DNA from: Octopus bimaculoides
Taxonomy: Eukaryota
DNA: 45,631 nt
Direction of reading: 5' to 3'
NCBI RefSeq assembly: GCF_001194135.2
Contig: NC_068993.1
Coordinates: 23,262,798 to 23,308,428, forward strand
In this document: in pieces, positions 25,121 through 37,949 of the stretch
How positions within the stretch are numbered: the first letter of the stretch is position 1
Layout of the letters: every line of letters begins with the position of its first letter
Position numbers and translations under genes: made by a program
The notes under the pieces: generated by a model
What the model was told of the DNA's origin: nothing
What the model saw: the letters and a program-made list of their open reading frames with translations, nothing else
Databases searched by the model: none

Positions 25121-26363
25121 TATTGCGTCATTCCACAAATAACGTGATTTTTAATACTTGTATTAAATCTAAAATGTATTTAATCTAAAATATACTCTTC
25201 TTCGTTTTCTACAATACTTTTCCATCTGTCTTGTAGACTTGCAAGGCTCCTCTTCCAAAATTCACTTGTCGGTGACGAAAAGTACTCCTCCAGTACTGTT
25301 CTGACCTCTTCTAAAGAATTCATATTTCTGACGTCCAAATGAGTTTGTAGAATGCGGAATAAATGCTAATCAGATGGGGTATGTCCGGCGAATATGGTGG
25401 GTGGGGCATCGTTTCCCATTCAAACTGCTCCAGTCTTTTGAATGTCATCCTCACTATATGTGTCCAAGTAGCAATCCTTATGGACGAACACCTTTCGTCT
25501 TGAAACCAAAGATGGTCATTTTTCGTGTAGCGCTGGCTTAATGCCGCTCAAGTTATTCGCAGTATATCACCTTTGTTATCGTTTGGTTTGGGCGTAAATG
25601 TTTATAATGGACTAAACTTTACATATCCCACCAAACAGATAACAACACATTACATGAGTGAAGACCTTCTTTAGCCTGGGGCACGGTGTTCACCTTTCTT
25701 TACCCACTGTCTTCGGCGCTTGACATTTTTATAGAGAACCCATTTCTCGTCACCAGTCATTATTTGGTCCAAAAAGAAGAACACACATTCACTCACTGCG
25801 ATTAGACTCGGAAATTTTGTGAGGAACCCATTGACCCAAATTGCGGACTTTTCCGATGGCACTCAGGTGTCGATGAATGGCTGAATGACAAAATCCAAGT
25901 TTCTCTGCTAGTTTCTCAGCAGTTACAATGAGATTTTGTTCTACAAGGGTCTGCGAGACTGCCTCATCGAGCTCTACAGGTCGTCCAGGACGAGTTTCGT
26001 CTTCTAGGCTGTCGTTTCCGGTTCGGAAATTCTGGAACCACCGTTGACACTGGCTTACGCTTATTGTCCAATCGCCATATATTGCATTCATATTCCTCGC
26101 ACTTGACGTTGCGTTCTGGCCTATGTTGAACTCATAAAGCAAACTCTACCGAATATGCTCCTTTGTCACTTCCATTATAAATTTGAAAAAATAACTGTTT
26201 AAATCAAGCTGCCCTCTTCAAAACTTGCATTAAGAATAAGTTCATGTTAAATTTACTACCTGCCTTTATAGCAAGTTGATGCAAGCAGTTTATCATGTCC
26301 CCCTACAACTTTTAGTTTATGCAATTGAAAAAAAAAACACATTATTTATGGAATGATCCAATA
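25121..26363 (-). mobile_element. Near full-length mariner (DD34D) transposon, non-functional
   Basis: About 30-bp TIRs: TATTGCGTCATTCCACAAATAACGTG (25121) and TATTGGATCATTCCATAAATAATGTG (right end, reverse complement). Total length about 1.24 kb. Confidence 0.95.
25180..26175 (-). pseudogene. Mariner transposase pseudogene
   Basis: MEVTKEHIR*SLLYEFNIGQNA...CQRWFQNFRTGNDSLEDETRPGRP...GQWVPHKISE, then FLDQIMTGDEKW, HKD, PHPPYSPDI and ...LQDRWKSIVENEEEYILD*. It has multiple stops and frameshifts and a short deletion after the WVPH motif. Confidence 0.95.
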
Positions 26364-26442
26364 TTAAAAGCCGCCAACTAACCATTAAGGTAAAATATTA
26401 TTTTTTATTACCCAGGAAATAAATACAACCTTATAATCCAGA

Positions 26443-26620
26443 TTTCAAAGTTTGGCACAAGTCCAGCAATATCCAAGGAGGGATTAAGTCGATTACATCA
26501 ACCTCCAGTATGCAAGTGGTACTTATTTTATCAACGCCAAAGGAATGAAAGGCAAATTCCACCTAGCGAAATTTGAACTCGGAACGTAAAGACAGACGAA
26601 ATACCGCTAAGCATTTCGCC
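26443..26620 (-). mobile_element. SINE family A, 5'-truncated
   Basis: TTTCAAAGTTTGGCACAAG...GAATGAAAGGCAAA...AATTTGAACTCGGAACGTAAAGACAGACGAAATACCGCTAAGCATTTCGCC is the reverse complement of the family A sequence seen at 28541. Confidence 0.9.
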
Positions 26621-27007
26621 TAGGAAATTTCGGAAGGGGATGAAAAACAAAAACATTTGCCATCTATTTCCTGAACCATGGTTTCAAGCTATTTTCGGCA
26701 AAATAAATTAATTTGCTATCGTAGGCAGGAAAGCCAAGGTTAACATATAAACACGAAGCAATACATAGAACACGCCTTGTGCTTATATATTATAATTTTT
26801 CATATCTACTGCGCATGTACGGTTTTCTTATCGGCAGCAAATACAAAAACTGCCGATTTTCTCTAAGAAATTAGCCAAAAAAATCATTATATCATTGTTA
26901 ATAAATCTGAGGGTAGCAAAAAAATTTTGAAATTCTTTTTGCTGCCAGTGGTCTAGCGAGGAGAAAAAACTAGTTAATAGACTATGTATTATTCCTAAAA
27001 ATGGATA

Positions 27008-27203
27008 CAGTGTACATTTAAACACAAAGGAGAGATGTCCATTACAAGACATCTAACCCGCTAGAAGGAGCAGTCAAACTCCAAACCACAATTAGGGATA
27101 ATTTTGAAATTATTCCTAATTGTGGTTTGGAGTTTGACTGGTCTTTCTAGCGGGTTAGATGTCCTATTATGGACACCTCTCTTATATGTTTAAATGTACA
27201 CTC
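27008..27203. mobile_element. 196-bp foldback MITE with Tc1-like CAGTG termini and flanking TA
   Basis: The element is essentially two ~97-bp inverted arms with about 9-10 mismatches, separated by 2 nt. TA lies at 27006-07 and 27204-05. Confidence 0.88.
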
Positions 27204-27207
27204 TATG

Positions 27208-27211
<4 letters not shown>

Positions 27212-27266
<55 letters not shown>
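27212..27266. repeat. (TA)n microsatellite
   Basis: Seen directly. Confidence 0.97.
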
Positions 27267-27269
<3 letters not shown>

Positions 27270-28540
27270 CATGCTTAGAAACGTACATACACATGTATAT
27301 ATATTCATACGTATATATCCATAATTATAATGCATATGGATGTAAATTGATCTTGGTAGAGGGATAAGATGACTGCCACTGCACAATTCGAATATATTGG
27401 AAAAATGTTACTAACTCCGTGGGTGTAGGGACTTATTTATTTTGGAAATTAACTTGTAAAACGTAGATAAAAGTGCCTGAGGGAAAGGGAGGTTGTTCAT
27501 GTATGTAGTTGCATAACTTCTATTCTATTTTCCTCTGGTATATATGTTGTAGATATTTACATATTCCCTTGTCATGCACGCTGACATAAGTTTGTCTATG
27601 TATATTTATATATGATCAATATGGTTCTCGTCATCTTTGGCAACATCGTTATAACGTCGTCATCAACATCACCATCATTATAACTATCATCATCACCACC
27701 ACCACCATCACCACCATCCTCATCTTTATCATCGTTCACGATATCCATCCTCCTCCATGCCTCCTTATCTCTCACTATGTTCTACTAGAAATAGTGGTTG
27801 AACCCAGAAATGCTAAAAGTATATTAAAAACTCTAGGCGAAAAACAAAGGCATGGTTATTACATTAATTTATAACTGAGATTAAATTAACACTGACTTCG
27901 AGATAATCACCTGCAAAATGTCATTAGTCCATCACTTGAAATTTTTCAATATAGAGTCATTAATTAAGATAAGGTATCTGAAAGTTCCGTTTAACAATAA
28001 GTGATATAATTGAGCTATTATCTAAAATGGGAAATGTAAATTTCTTAATTTGATGTCCCATTTAGTAGTTTCATTCGCTATAATCTGATATTTGTTATAT
28101 TGGTTTAAAGCCGTCAATTTAAAGAACACAAGTTCATGGTCGTAACAATTGCCTAACATAACTGATACGTATATTGTCGATTTTAAGAACACGAATGCTA
28201 ATTACAAATGCAACAGGAGTTGCCCTTCTAATTTACAGAAATGATGTAAATAACGACAGTAATCTAGATTGTTTTATGAATTATCGCTCCCAACATCTTG
28301 TCACCCGATTTATTCTTACTACCGTGGTGTTTTTATAATCAGGAGACATTTTAATTCCCAGTGAAATTAAGTAAAAAATAAAGTGAACTCGTGAAAAATG
28401 TCGCATGTCTTAAGGGAACATTGAAGTTAACAACTGGTATCATTATACACATGTCTATTTTAGAGTACATAAGTATATGGTAATGAACTTCTATTTCAGC
28501 AACAGAAAATTGAATTATATTTAACTGTCAATCCATCTCA

Positions 28541-28755
28541 GGCGGTGACCTAGCAGAAACGTTAGCATTCCGGGCAAAATGCATAGCGGTGTTTCGTCTG
28601 TCTTTACGTTCTGAGTTCAAATTCCACCGTGGTCGACCTTGCTTTTCATCCTTTCGGGATCTAGAAAGTAAGTACCAGTTGCGTACTGGGGTTGATCTAA
28701 TCGACTGGCCCCCTCCCCCAAAATTTCCGGCCTTGTGCCTAGAGTAGAAAAGTAT
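28541..28755 (+). mobile_element. tRNA-derived SINE family A, full-length and well preserved
   Basis: GGCGGTGACCTAGCAGAAACGTTAGC (A box), GAGTTCAAATTCC (B box), TTTCATCCTTTCGG, GTACCAGTTGCGTACTGGGG and the tail CCTTGTGCCTAGAGTAGAAAAG. Confidence 0.92.
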
Positions 28756-31094
28756 GTTTCTCTTTTTGTGCATGTGCGTGAGTGTGTCTGTGTGTGAGTT
28801 TGTTAGTGTGTGTAAGTGGTGTACGTATGGGCAATAGATGACAGACAAGGCACTTATTCAATTGGTGCCACGGTGTTCCAGATGTTTCTCTTGTAATAAG
28901 TTCCAATGAGGTGCCAACACTCCTTCCATTAGTAAATCATCAATGACAGTCTGGGTCTAGGTTAAGAAATCCAAAAGGTGTCTATGTCTGCTCAAAAGTA
29001 CATAGCCACCTGAAACATTTAGTAAGAGCACGTAACAAGAAGAGATAACTGGTTCAAATTAAATACCAGAAAATGAAAGTATAAATCCTGAATTTTCATT
29101 TTTATTTGTTCATTTATAATTTGAACTCTTATTTTACCCTCTAATCTAAAAGTCATGAATTTCATGCTATTGATAGTATACAAGACACATTTTTTTCTTC
29201 GGTTATATATGTTACACTATAACATGAAACTGGTGTTTATAAATATTATGTAAATCGATTTTGCGTACTCATATTTTATATCTTTTTATGCTTTATTTTT
29301 ATCAATTTTCTACTTCGCGTTTTAGTATAAATATGCCATTTCTTGTTTCCCGTAACTGAAATGAGGTACTGAATATTTAGATTAAGCGTTATTTATCCTG
29401 TGGCTAGTAATATATGCTATGATTTGTTAAGATGGTGTTTACGTTCCTCCCTTCATCCTTGCCTTTCTCTTATTCTTGTTCTTCCCACCTGTCTTCCTTC
29501 TCTACGACTCTCCCTTCCTCCTATTATTTTGTCATTACAATTAGTATATTATTTCATTGTGCGACAGTTAGTTCGAAGACCCTTGTCAACCCTGATTAAA
29601 CATAACTCCAGTGTAATGCATTCTAGCAATAGCAATTCTGTAATTCTTTCAAAGTAGCCCACTGCAAGATTGTAGGGCATAATATATGCGGTATTTAGCT
29701 GCTATTTCTTATATTTTGTGTCGATTAAAAGTAGCCTCTTTTTCAGGCTCGTTTTTGATTATTTTCATGTAATTTCTAGTAATGAAGAAAACATCTCTGT
29801 GAAAATTAATGAAATAATGCTACTTTGCATATAATCCGAAGTTTACTTTCATAAATATTAGAAAGATACAACGGCACTATTTTCTTTTAATCATTTCTAT
29901 ATATCATAGATAGCAAAATAAAATTTGTGTGTAATGCATAGAAACTGTGAAGATAGCATTTGTCAGCATGAACATAAAATGAATGAAGATAGTAATAGTG
30001 AAAAGTTAAGAAAGAAAATATTTTTAAAAAAAGGGATGTAAAGATGCTATTTTAGTAATATGCATGATTATTTTTTATGTATTTAATATGATGTGGGTTT
30101 TTGTGTGTAGAATTATATTATTTCACACACATCTCTCCACGCATATACGCAAATACATAAAGACATAAGCATCTATATATCAACACATAGGATGCTAGAA
30201 AAATGTAAACGCTGCATACTTAGTGGAGGTGTGTGCGAATGTGTATGCTTTTCGATATTTGTGGATAAAACTTTATTTTGACTTCTATCATGAAATTACT
30301 GCTGAGTTAGTCAATAGTATACATTAAATATAGTATGATAATCTGTATGTGTATTTAAAAGAATGTCTCTAATTCTGATTTTCTTTTTTCATAAATCTTC
30401 AATTTCATTTTTGCTAAAACGTTCTTTTTACTGTTATGTTTATCTCTATTTTTTTACTTCATATATATCATTACTCTTTCCTGTTTAGAGTGTCAACATA
30501 AATTAGGCCTCTCAAGTAATATTCGTTAAATTACCATCTCTAAAAGCTTCTTAACCATCAATACATTTATCTCGTGTAATTTCCTCTAACTTGTTTATTA
30601 TGGCGAATAAGTTTGTAAATAATCAGACGTGCATATGAATATTTCCTCTTCATTTCATAAAACTGTAGGTACACAAGTTATAGGTCTACTTCTGATGGGT
30701 GGGGTTGCTTTTTCACCCTATATTAACCATTACGTAACTTGGTGTTTTCTCTGAACAACAGGGAGGTCCTAGCAGTGTTTAGTTACTTTTTGATACGTTC
30801 TTCGAATTTAACTTCCATGATTCTGTTAAAAATTCTCCTCATCGATCAATGTTTGGGTGAATTTTAACGGCTCACCCACAACAAATTTATGTTGTGTTTG
30901 TATAACTAATGACCATTATTTCACTAACCATTATGAAGAATTGGATGTTGACGTAAAGTAAGTCTTCTTTGTTTATATCTTTATATGAGATCACTGAAGA
31001 GCAAGTTTTAATGTGCTTCTTTCGATAAAATGGATAATATGTATAAAATTAAGTAACAATTGCTCAACTCCCCTGAAAATTGCGTAGCATTGTT

Positions 31095-31118
31095 CTCTGT
31101 CTGTCTAACTGTTGTCTA

Positions 31119-31177
<59 letters not shown>

Positions 31178-31270
31178 GTGTTTCTCTCTGTGTATGCATG
31201 TATGTATGTGCGTGTATATGTATGTGTGCATATATGTACATACGTATGTATGTATGTATGTATGTATGTG
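31095..31270. repeat. (TCTG)n-(TATG)n compound microsatellite
   Basis: Seen directly. Confidence 0.95.
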
Positions 31271-32389
31271 AATATGCATATTTATATATAAGTGAAACAA
31301 AATTAGCTGTGACACGTTAATGAACAATATAGCCAAATACAGATATAGCAAATCCATAGCAGCTGCTGAATGGCTTATTAACCATTGTTTTGATAGCGAT
31401 TTTCCAACAGTTTATATGTTAACTAACACCTTGTTGATACGTCTAATCGGCCAGTGCACCTCTTTAACACTTGTATATTTGTATTCAAAGAACCTAGGTT
31501 TTATTTGGTATGACACCTCACCTCACCGAATTTTAACAATCCTCTTTAGGGAACAATTCTCTACTGATTTTATATTTCACATTTGCTTTTAAACATCAAA
31601 AATTATAATAATTCTTTTCCTTAAGCTCAATTTTAGAACAACGGTAAACGTGTATTATTGTTTCTGATTCTTATTAAGCTTTCGAAATGGAAGTGAACAT
31701 AATTGCATTTAACTTAAATTTCGCATACGTGTACATCATCCTATTCAGATGATAAGATGCAGACATGTATGAATACGTGTTGAATGCTTTGAGTTGTTTA
31801 ACGTCAATTGGATAAGGATAAAACTATAAATCCATAGTAACTAGTCCGATGTTTTATTGAACCACATTTATGTTTATTTAATATCTCCAGTCACGAAAGG
31901 AAAAGAAATAACGAATATGTAACTCTGTAACGAACAAATATTTGAAAATGTATAAAATAACGATAAGGTATCTAGAAATCAATGTGCTTCAGAATATATC
32001 TGTAAATGTTTGTTCTTTCATGTTACTGCTTCAGTGAATATCGTGTATTTTAGCTTTAAATACATATTAACAGAATGTTTCATGTGAATTAAGACAATTA
32101 GGAAAATGAAGTTTAACCAACCATAATAATTGATTTGGTGAGATTCTAAATATAAATAATAGATAAATGAGAGAAAATCTAAAATGTAAAAAGAAAAACA
32201 AGTAAAAAACGTGATATAATGCATAAAAAAAAATTCACAATAGCGATATATATCATTCTGAAAATGGATTTCTGTCGGTTTCGACGATGCATATTCAGAT
32301 TATTTGATTAAATGAACATCCTACTATGATTATTTTGTAGCTCTCTGCATGTTCTAATAATAATTTTTGTATAAGTGTCTCAGTGATCC

Positions 32390-32750
32390 ACTGGGATATG
32401 TGTCTTTAAGACTCTTCGAGTAGAATCTTCTTGATAAATTTTGTGTCAAGGCTTATTCTTCAAATTACATGTACATTCCATCCCTGGTGGTATTCCAGCT
32501 CCCACCAACCCAGTCTCTCCCATATGGCACGAGTTAGTCAATGAGCTGCAAATTTCAGCACAGATTTTGCCGAGAAACGCTATGCTCAGAGATTTTCCTT
32601 CTATGAGCAACCTATTTCAGTAATTCGGTGAATCATATTATCTTTCTCAAAGACGTTTCTACAGTTGGACAAAGATGAAGCTGCTATTTCTTGCAAATCA
32701 TAAGATTAGGCTTATTCATTCTGAACTTGACCTTCGTTGATGCAAATATT
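32390..32750 (+). mobile_element. Possible highly decayed BEL/Pao pol fragment
   Basis: Across frameshifts it reads DPLGYVS / RLILQITCTFHPWW / PIWHELVNELQISAQILPR / KMKLLFLANHKI. The motif order recalls Pao DPLG...KxILQ...WD...IPR...LLxAKSK, but the spacing is imperfect. Confidence 0.3.
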
Positions 32751-32994
32751 TCATCAAATGAAATATTTTAACACATTAATTGTTCTATCTTTTACACTAT
32801 TCAAGCATTAAACTGGCTATTATTTCAATTTAATGCGTGCTAATCAAATATCAAATACTATATTCCTGGTATTTTACTGATTCTGCCACAAATTATTGAA
32901 TAATGAATATGTTTAGCGACCTGTAAAATCCAAGAAAAAATTAAATACTCGACATTATTTTAGATATCAAGTATCTAAAAATCCTTCTATAATA

Positions 32995-33391
32995 GGCGCA
33001 GTAGTAGCTGTGTGGTAAGTAGCTTGAATACCGATCACATGGTTCCAGGTTCAGTACCACTGCGTGGCACCTTGTGCAAATGTCTTCTAGTATAACCTCG
33101 GGCCGACCAAAGCCTTGTGATTGGAATTGGTCGACGGAAACTGAAAGAAGCCTGTCGTATATATGTATATATATGTATGTGTGTATATATGTTTGTGTGT
33201 CTATGTTTGTCCCCCCCCATCAACGCTTGACAACCGATGCTAGTGTGTTTACGTCACCGTAACTTGGCGGTTCGGCATAAAGACCGATATAATAAGTATT
33301 AGGCTTACAAAGAATAAGTCCTGGGGTCAATTTGCTCGACTAAAAGCGGTGCTCCAGTATGGCCGCAGTGAAATGACTGAAACAAGTAAAA
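32995..33391 (+). mobile_element. tRNA-derived SINE family B (about 400 bp) with an internal TA/TG microsatellite
   Basis: Head GGCGCAGTAGTAGCTGTGTGGTAAG...GGTTCAGTACC, core GCACCTTGTGCAAATGTCTTC...GACGGAAACTGAAAGAAGCC and tail GGCCGCAGTGAAATGACTGAAACAAGTAAAA. Confidence 0.9.
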
Positions 33392-34431
33392 TATTAAGAG
33401 TTATGTTTACATATAAATAGAAAATCAATAGACCGCTGTCTCCAACAAGTTCTGCTACCATGATAATTTACCCTCATTGGAACTTTGTGTCATGTGATGC
33501 TTTTGTATCGCAAGTAACAAAATCTTTCCCTTAGTGTCAGATTCTCGCTCGTCCGCTATCAGATGTTGGCCGCTCTTCGGTGAAATCCTGTTCTCAAAAC
33601 AATATGTGGGTGATTGAACATTTGATTCCCTAACACATGCATTGAAAATTCTTTCTCATAAATATCACTCTGGCAAATGCTTGCCTAGTGGAGGTCTAAT
33701 ATATTTAGAAACCGCCATTGCAACTGCTTATATTGAGCTATACATTTTCTTTTGATGGTATCAATGTGCTGTGAATACATGTCATAGTCGATGTCCGATG
33801 AGAAATACTATTGGATACAAAGACAATACTTTGAATAATTGATAAATTGCATAACAGCAATAGTTATAATTAGATTTGCCAGTTACAACGAATTCTCTGA
33901 AGGAGACTGCTCGCTTTAGTGGTTGCCTTATTGTTACAATATGAAGAATCATATGTCAAGTCATGCTTTTCTGATCTAGGTGCAAAGACCGACAGAACAC
34001 TACTAATGCGACAGCGGACATTGTGTATCTTTCTGTATATATGGTAAGTGATGTAGGATTGAAAAAATATACATATGATAGTTGCAAAATTATCTAAGAA
34101 TACACAGTGACATAAGAAAGGGTAGTAGTTTATTGATGCTCACCCAACAGTCTGTATCTCTGACTTTTCTATGACACCTTGTCGGCTTCAGAGATGTTAT
34201 GGACAGGGACATATATGCCAATAGGTGTCCCTGTATAATTAGTTTATATGCATTTCATTATTTATGTATGTATATTTGTATGTATGTATGTATCTACACA
34301 CACACATATGTATGCTTTAATCTAAAATGGAAACAATCACAAATTATTGTATCTGATTTGCTTGGGGAAATGTTGAGATAATTTTACATGAAATCAATGG
34401 TATCCTCAATACACAAATAAAGTGGAGATGT

Positions 34432-34466
34432 ATGTATGTATGTATGTAATTATGTATGTATTTATG

Positions 34467-34500
<34 letters not shown>

Positions 34501-34530
34501 TGTATGTATGCATGTATGTATGTATGTATA
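34432..34530. repeat. (TATG)n microsatellite
   Basis: Seen directly. Confidence 0.95.
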
Positions 34531-35297
34531 TTTCTGAAAGTAACTACTTCCATTTAAGTATGTGAAAAAAAACCGTAGATGACATACTTTTGCCTGAGAA
34601 ATATTTGGTATTGTTTCACTTCTCCGAAACTGCTAGATTGTAAAAAAACACTCCTGTATCAGTTATATATTCTATTTATGCAATCCCACGAATTCAGATT
34701 TGACATACTTCGACCGATACGGAGAGAAATGTGTAGTATATATTATATTGTGGACGTAAATACTGATTAATAAACTATTTGTACAAACTTATTTCGTTAT
34801 ACTCATTTTTCAACAATTATTTCATGTTCTATTAAATTTACGTTGTCTTTATACTCGCTGATTCACGGTAATTTAGACTTGACATTTGTGCCTGCAGGAT
34901 ATTGAAATGTTGAATAATAGCAAAACAAAAATATTGTTTCGTTTGTGGAGCTATTGTACCACAATATCTGTAACACAGCATCCTATACCTGGTTATTGAG
35001 TGCTTTCACTTATTGCATGAGCCTCGACTACTGCAATCTGTTTTCATATTTATAATTGACGCTTACAATGTCATCAAGGTGTCACTGTAAAAATGATCAT
35101 AAATTAAACGTAGTAAATACATACAGAAATTATCTAAATATTACAAAGTTATTTATTATACATCTGCTTTTTATCAACTCCTTTTATGAAAATCGTTGCC
35201 TGCTTTCAACATATATATTCAGTCGATTAATTAAATTTAGCAAACGTTTTCCATTTACTGAATTTATTTATTGTAATATATTACATCTAAATATCCA

Positions 35298-35510
35298 GCG
35301 AGATGGCAGAATCGTTTGCACTCCGAGCAAAATACTTAGCGGTAATTAATCCGTCTTTACGTTCTGAGTTCAAATTCCGCCAAGGTAGACTTAACCTTTC
35401 ATCTTTCTGGAGACTATAAAATAAGTACAACATGGGAACTGGGGTCGATGTAACCAGCTTAACCTTCTTCTAAAATGACTGGCCCTGTGCTAAAATTCGA
35501 AACTAATTTA
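35298..35510 (+). mobile_element. SINE family A
   Basis: GCGAGATGGCAGAATCGTTTGC, CTGAGTTCAAATTCCGCC and the tail GGCCCTGTGCTAAAATTCGAAA. Confidence 0.88.
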
Positions 35511-35729
35511 TTATTTTCTACTCTAGGCACAAAGCCTGAAATACTTGAGGAGAGGCCAGTCGATTAGATCGGCCCCAGTACGCAACTGGCACTTAAATCA
35601 TCGACCTCGAAAGGATCAAAGTCAAAGTCAAAGTCAGCCTCGGAGGAATTTGAACTCAGAACGCAAACACAGACGAAATACCACTAAGCATTTCGCCCGG
35701 CGTGCTAACGTTTCTGCCAGCTCACCGCC
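35511..35729 (-). mobile_element. SINE family A, tail-to-tail with the previous copy
   Basis: TTCTACTCTAGGCACAAAGCC...GGAATTTGAACTCAGAACG...CTAACGTTTCTGCCAGCTCACCGCC. It carries an internal (TCAAAG)x3 expansion. Confidence 0.92.
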
Positions 35730-36000
35730 TTTTGGAACTAATATATTAAAGCTATGAGGCAACAGTGTATAAGTGGTATAAGTCATTTAATACATAAATG
35801 TTTCTTTTTAAAGAAGGTAGTAAAATACTATTCTTCACACTATACAATTTTGATCTGAATTATCAAACCATCGTTTAAATAATATTAAGCCCTAACACAC
35901 CGAAGGCATATTAAGCCTTTGGTATCAAGATAATCTTTTCAAATTAGTCATTCGCCTCAGAATATATGGAAATATGAACGTGTGGAATTTCCACTTCGTA

Positions 36001-36300
36001 TACATATAGCATAATTATTGATATAAATATATTGAATAATTTTTTCTTTAGATGTTCTCGGACTCCTGTATGTTGGATGAAGTAATCTGTTTGAAATAAA
36101 ACGTCTTTCTTCAATACTTTTAGTTTCGCCTACACCACAGAACAATCTTCCCAATGAGCTCAGGTCATGTCCCATAAGCATCAGTAGCACATAATTCCAC
36201 AAGTCAGTAATATTCGGACATTCGACGACTAGTCTTTCTATACATCTGTGCTAGTAGATATTATGCTGAATCAGTGATGTCTCCTAGCAGCACTGCCTGG
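36001..36300 (-). mobile_element. Possible decayed LINE ORF2 C-terminal (zf-RVT-like) fragment
   Basis: Minus-strand frame RCIERLVVECPNITDLWNYVLLML resembles the HxxxECPxxxxLW motif of L1-type ORF2 ends. The His and upstream Cys residues are not intact. Confidence 0.3.
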
Positions 36301-36782
36301 CTAGGAATTTCTATAAATTATTCATGGACCCCGGCCTGAAAGTTTTCGAAAGTAGACTAGCCAGTGGATTATCGTGAAAACCAAGGTTTTCCATTTTGTC
36401 GCTACTTATATTCCTTAAAATTCATATTAGATTTTCCACCAAGTGAATTGTCCGACAGACCGAGGTAAATAAATTATTAATGGTATTGTAGGTGCCACGC
36501 GCCCTGCCTCGCTCTACGTTTGATCCAAGACAGCAGCACTGTCGGAAGAAGTAGCTGTGGTAATGTTAGTCTCACTAACGGTGACACACCTGCTCACCAT
36601 CCAGGAAGCCGCTTGTATCCTAGTCTCGGATAGGTAAGCCCACTATTAGCCATGGCATGCCCAGTACTCCATTCAACGAAGTTTGACAATAAATTAGGAA
36701 GCAGTTTAATGCGTACGTTTCATTGAAAGGAGCAGAGTGGGCGCCTATAGAATGAGGCATAACAATCAGGTAGTAATATAAC

Positions 36783-36995
36783 TTTTTCTACTGTAGGCAC
36801 AAGACCCGAAATTTTGGGGGAGAGGGCCAGTCAATTAGATCGACCTTAGTACGCAAATGGTACTTAATTTATCGACGCCGAAAGGATGAAAGGCAAAGTC
36901 GATCTCGGTGCAATTTAAACTCAGAACGTAAAAACAGACGAAACAAGGCTAAATATTTCCCCCGGCGTGTTAATGTTTCCTGCCATCTCGCCGCC
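36783..36995 (-). mobile_element. SINE family A
   Basis: TTCTACTGTAGGCACAAGACCCGAAATTTTGGGGG...GAAAGGATGAAAGGCAAAGTCGA...TAAACTCAGAACG...CTGCCATCTCGCCGCC. Confidence 0.92.
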
Positions 36996-37203
36996 TTCAG
37001 GTAGTAATATAACACAAAATTGATGTAAGCGATCACTACATCTTCTACGTCTTTCAAAATAAAATTTGTTTGCTTATTTCTTGGTTAAACTGTTAACTCT
37101 ACTGGTTATCACGTTCTATACCTCCAGACTGCGAGAACGACTTTATAGGTCCATGGACTATCCTACAAGGTTGTTGGAAAGTATGGACTAACTTTTCCAC
37201 GAA

Positions 37204-37539
37204 TTGCGTGAAATTAACCTGCAAGTGGCTGAGCACTCCACAAGTACGTGTACCCTTAACGTAGATCTCGGGGAGATTCAACGTGACACAGTGTGTCAAG
37301 GTTGGCCCTTTGAAATACCGGTACAACAGAAACAGGAAGAAAGAGTGAGAGAATGTTGTGGTGAAAGAGTACAGCAGTGTTCGCCACCACCCGCTGCCGG
37401 AGCTTCGTGGAGCTTTAAGTGTTTTCGCTCAATAAACACTCACTCGCTCAATAAACACTCACAACGCCAGGTCTGGGAATCGAAACCGCGATCCTATGAC
37501 CGCGAGTCCTCTGTCCTAACCACTGGGCCATTGTGCGTC
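37204..37539 (-). mobile_element. tRNA-derived SINE family C
   Basis: Minus-strand head CGCACAATGGCCCAGTGGTTAGG (A box)...GGTTTCGATTCCCAG (B box), then a ~260-bp body ending GCAGGTTAATTTCACGCAA. It has an internal 19-bp tandem duplication at 37425-37462. Confidence 0.82.
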
Positions 37540-37879
37540 GACTAAAACGAATACGCACAAGCTCTATATGAAGAAAGGTAAAATTTGACATGAGCTAATT
37601 TGCGTAAGGGACTGAATCAACACTGAAAGAAGAAACATGACAGAATATTTCGTAAACAGCAAACAAAACGTGGTACAGTATGCTGCTAAAGCAGAAGACT
37701 TTACGAAAACTAAACTTGAGAGAGCTCATGGTCAGTGTTACCGTGAAACTGATAACTTAAAGGATCAGGAAGCGTATTGGAGACCTGAGAATTTAGATCA
37801 GAAAGAACAAATCCCCGGTTGATACAATATGTTCAATCAGTGACATCACAATATTGGATGCTGTGCGACGTCTTAAATG

Positions 37880-37930
<51 letters not shown>

Positions 37931-37943
37931 GTAATAATAATAA
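37880..37943. repeat. (AAT)n microsatellite
   Basis: Seen directly. Confidence 0.96.
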
Positions 37944-37949
37944 CACGTT

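Noticed and set aside
28850-29010. Possible minus-strand exon after TTTCAG
   Set aside because: All three frames have stops within 60 nt.
36431-36640. Apparent exon(s) with AG acceptors and GTAAAT/GTAAGC donors
   Set aside because: The implied intron is only 27 nt, the open frame ends in a stop at the donor, and the peptide is unrecognisable. The region more likely belongs to a decayed repeat.
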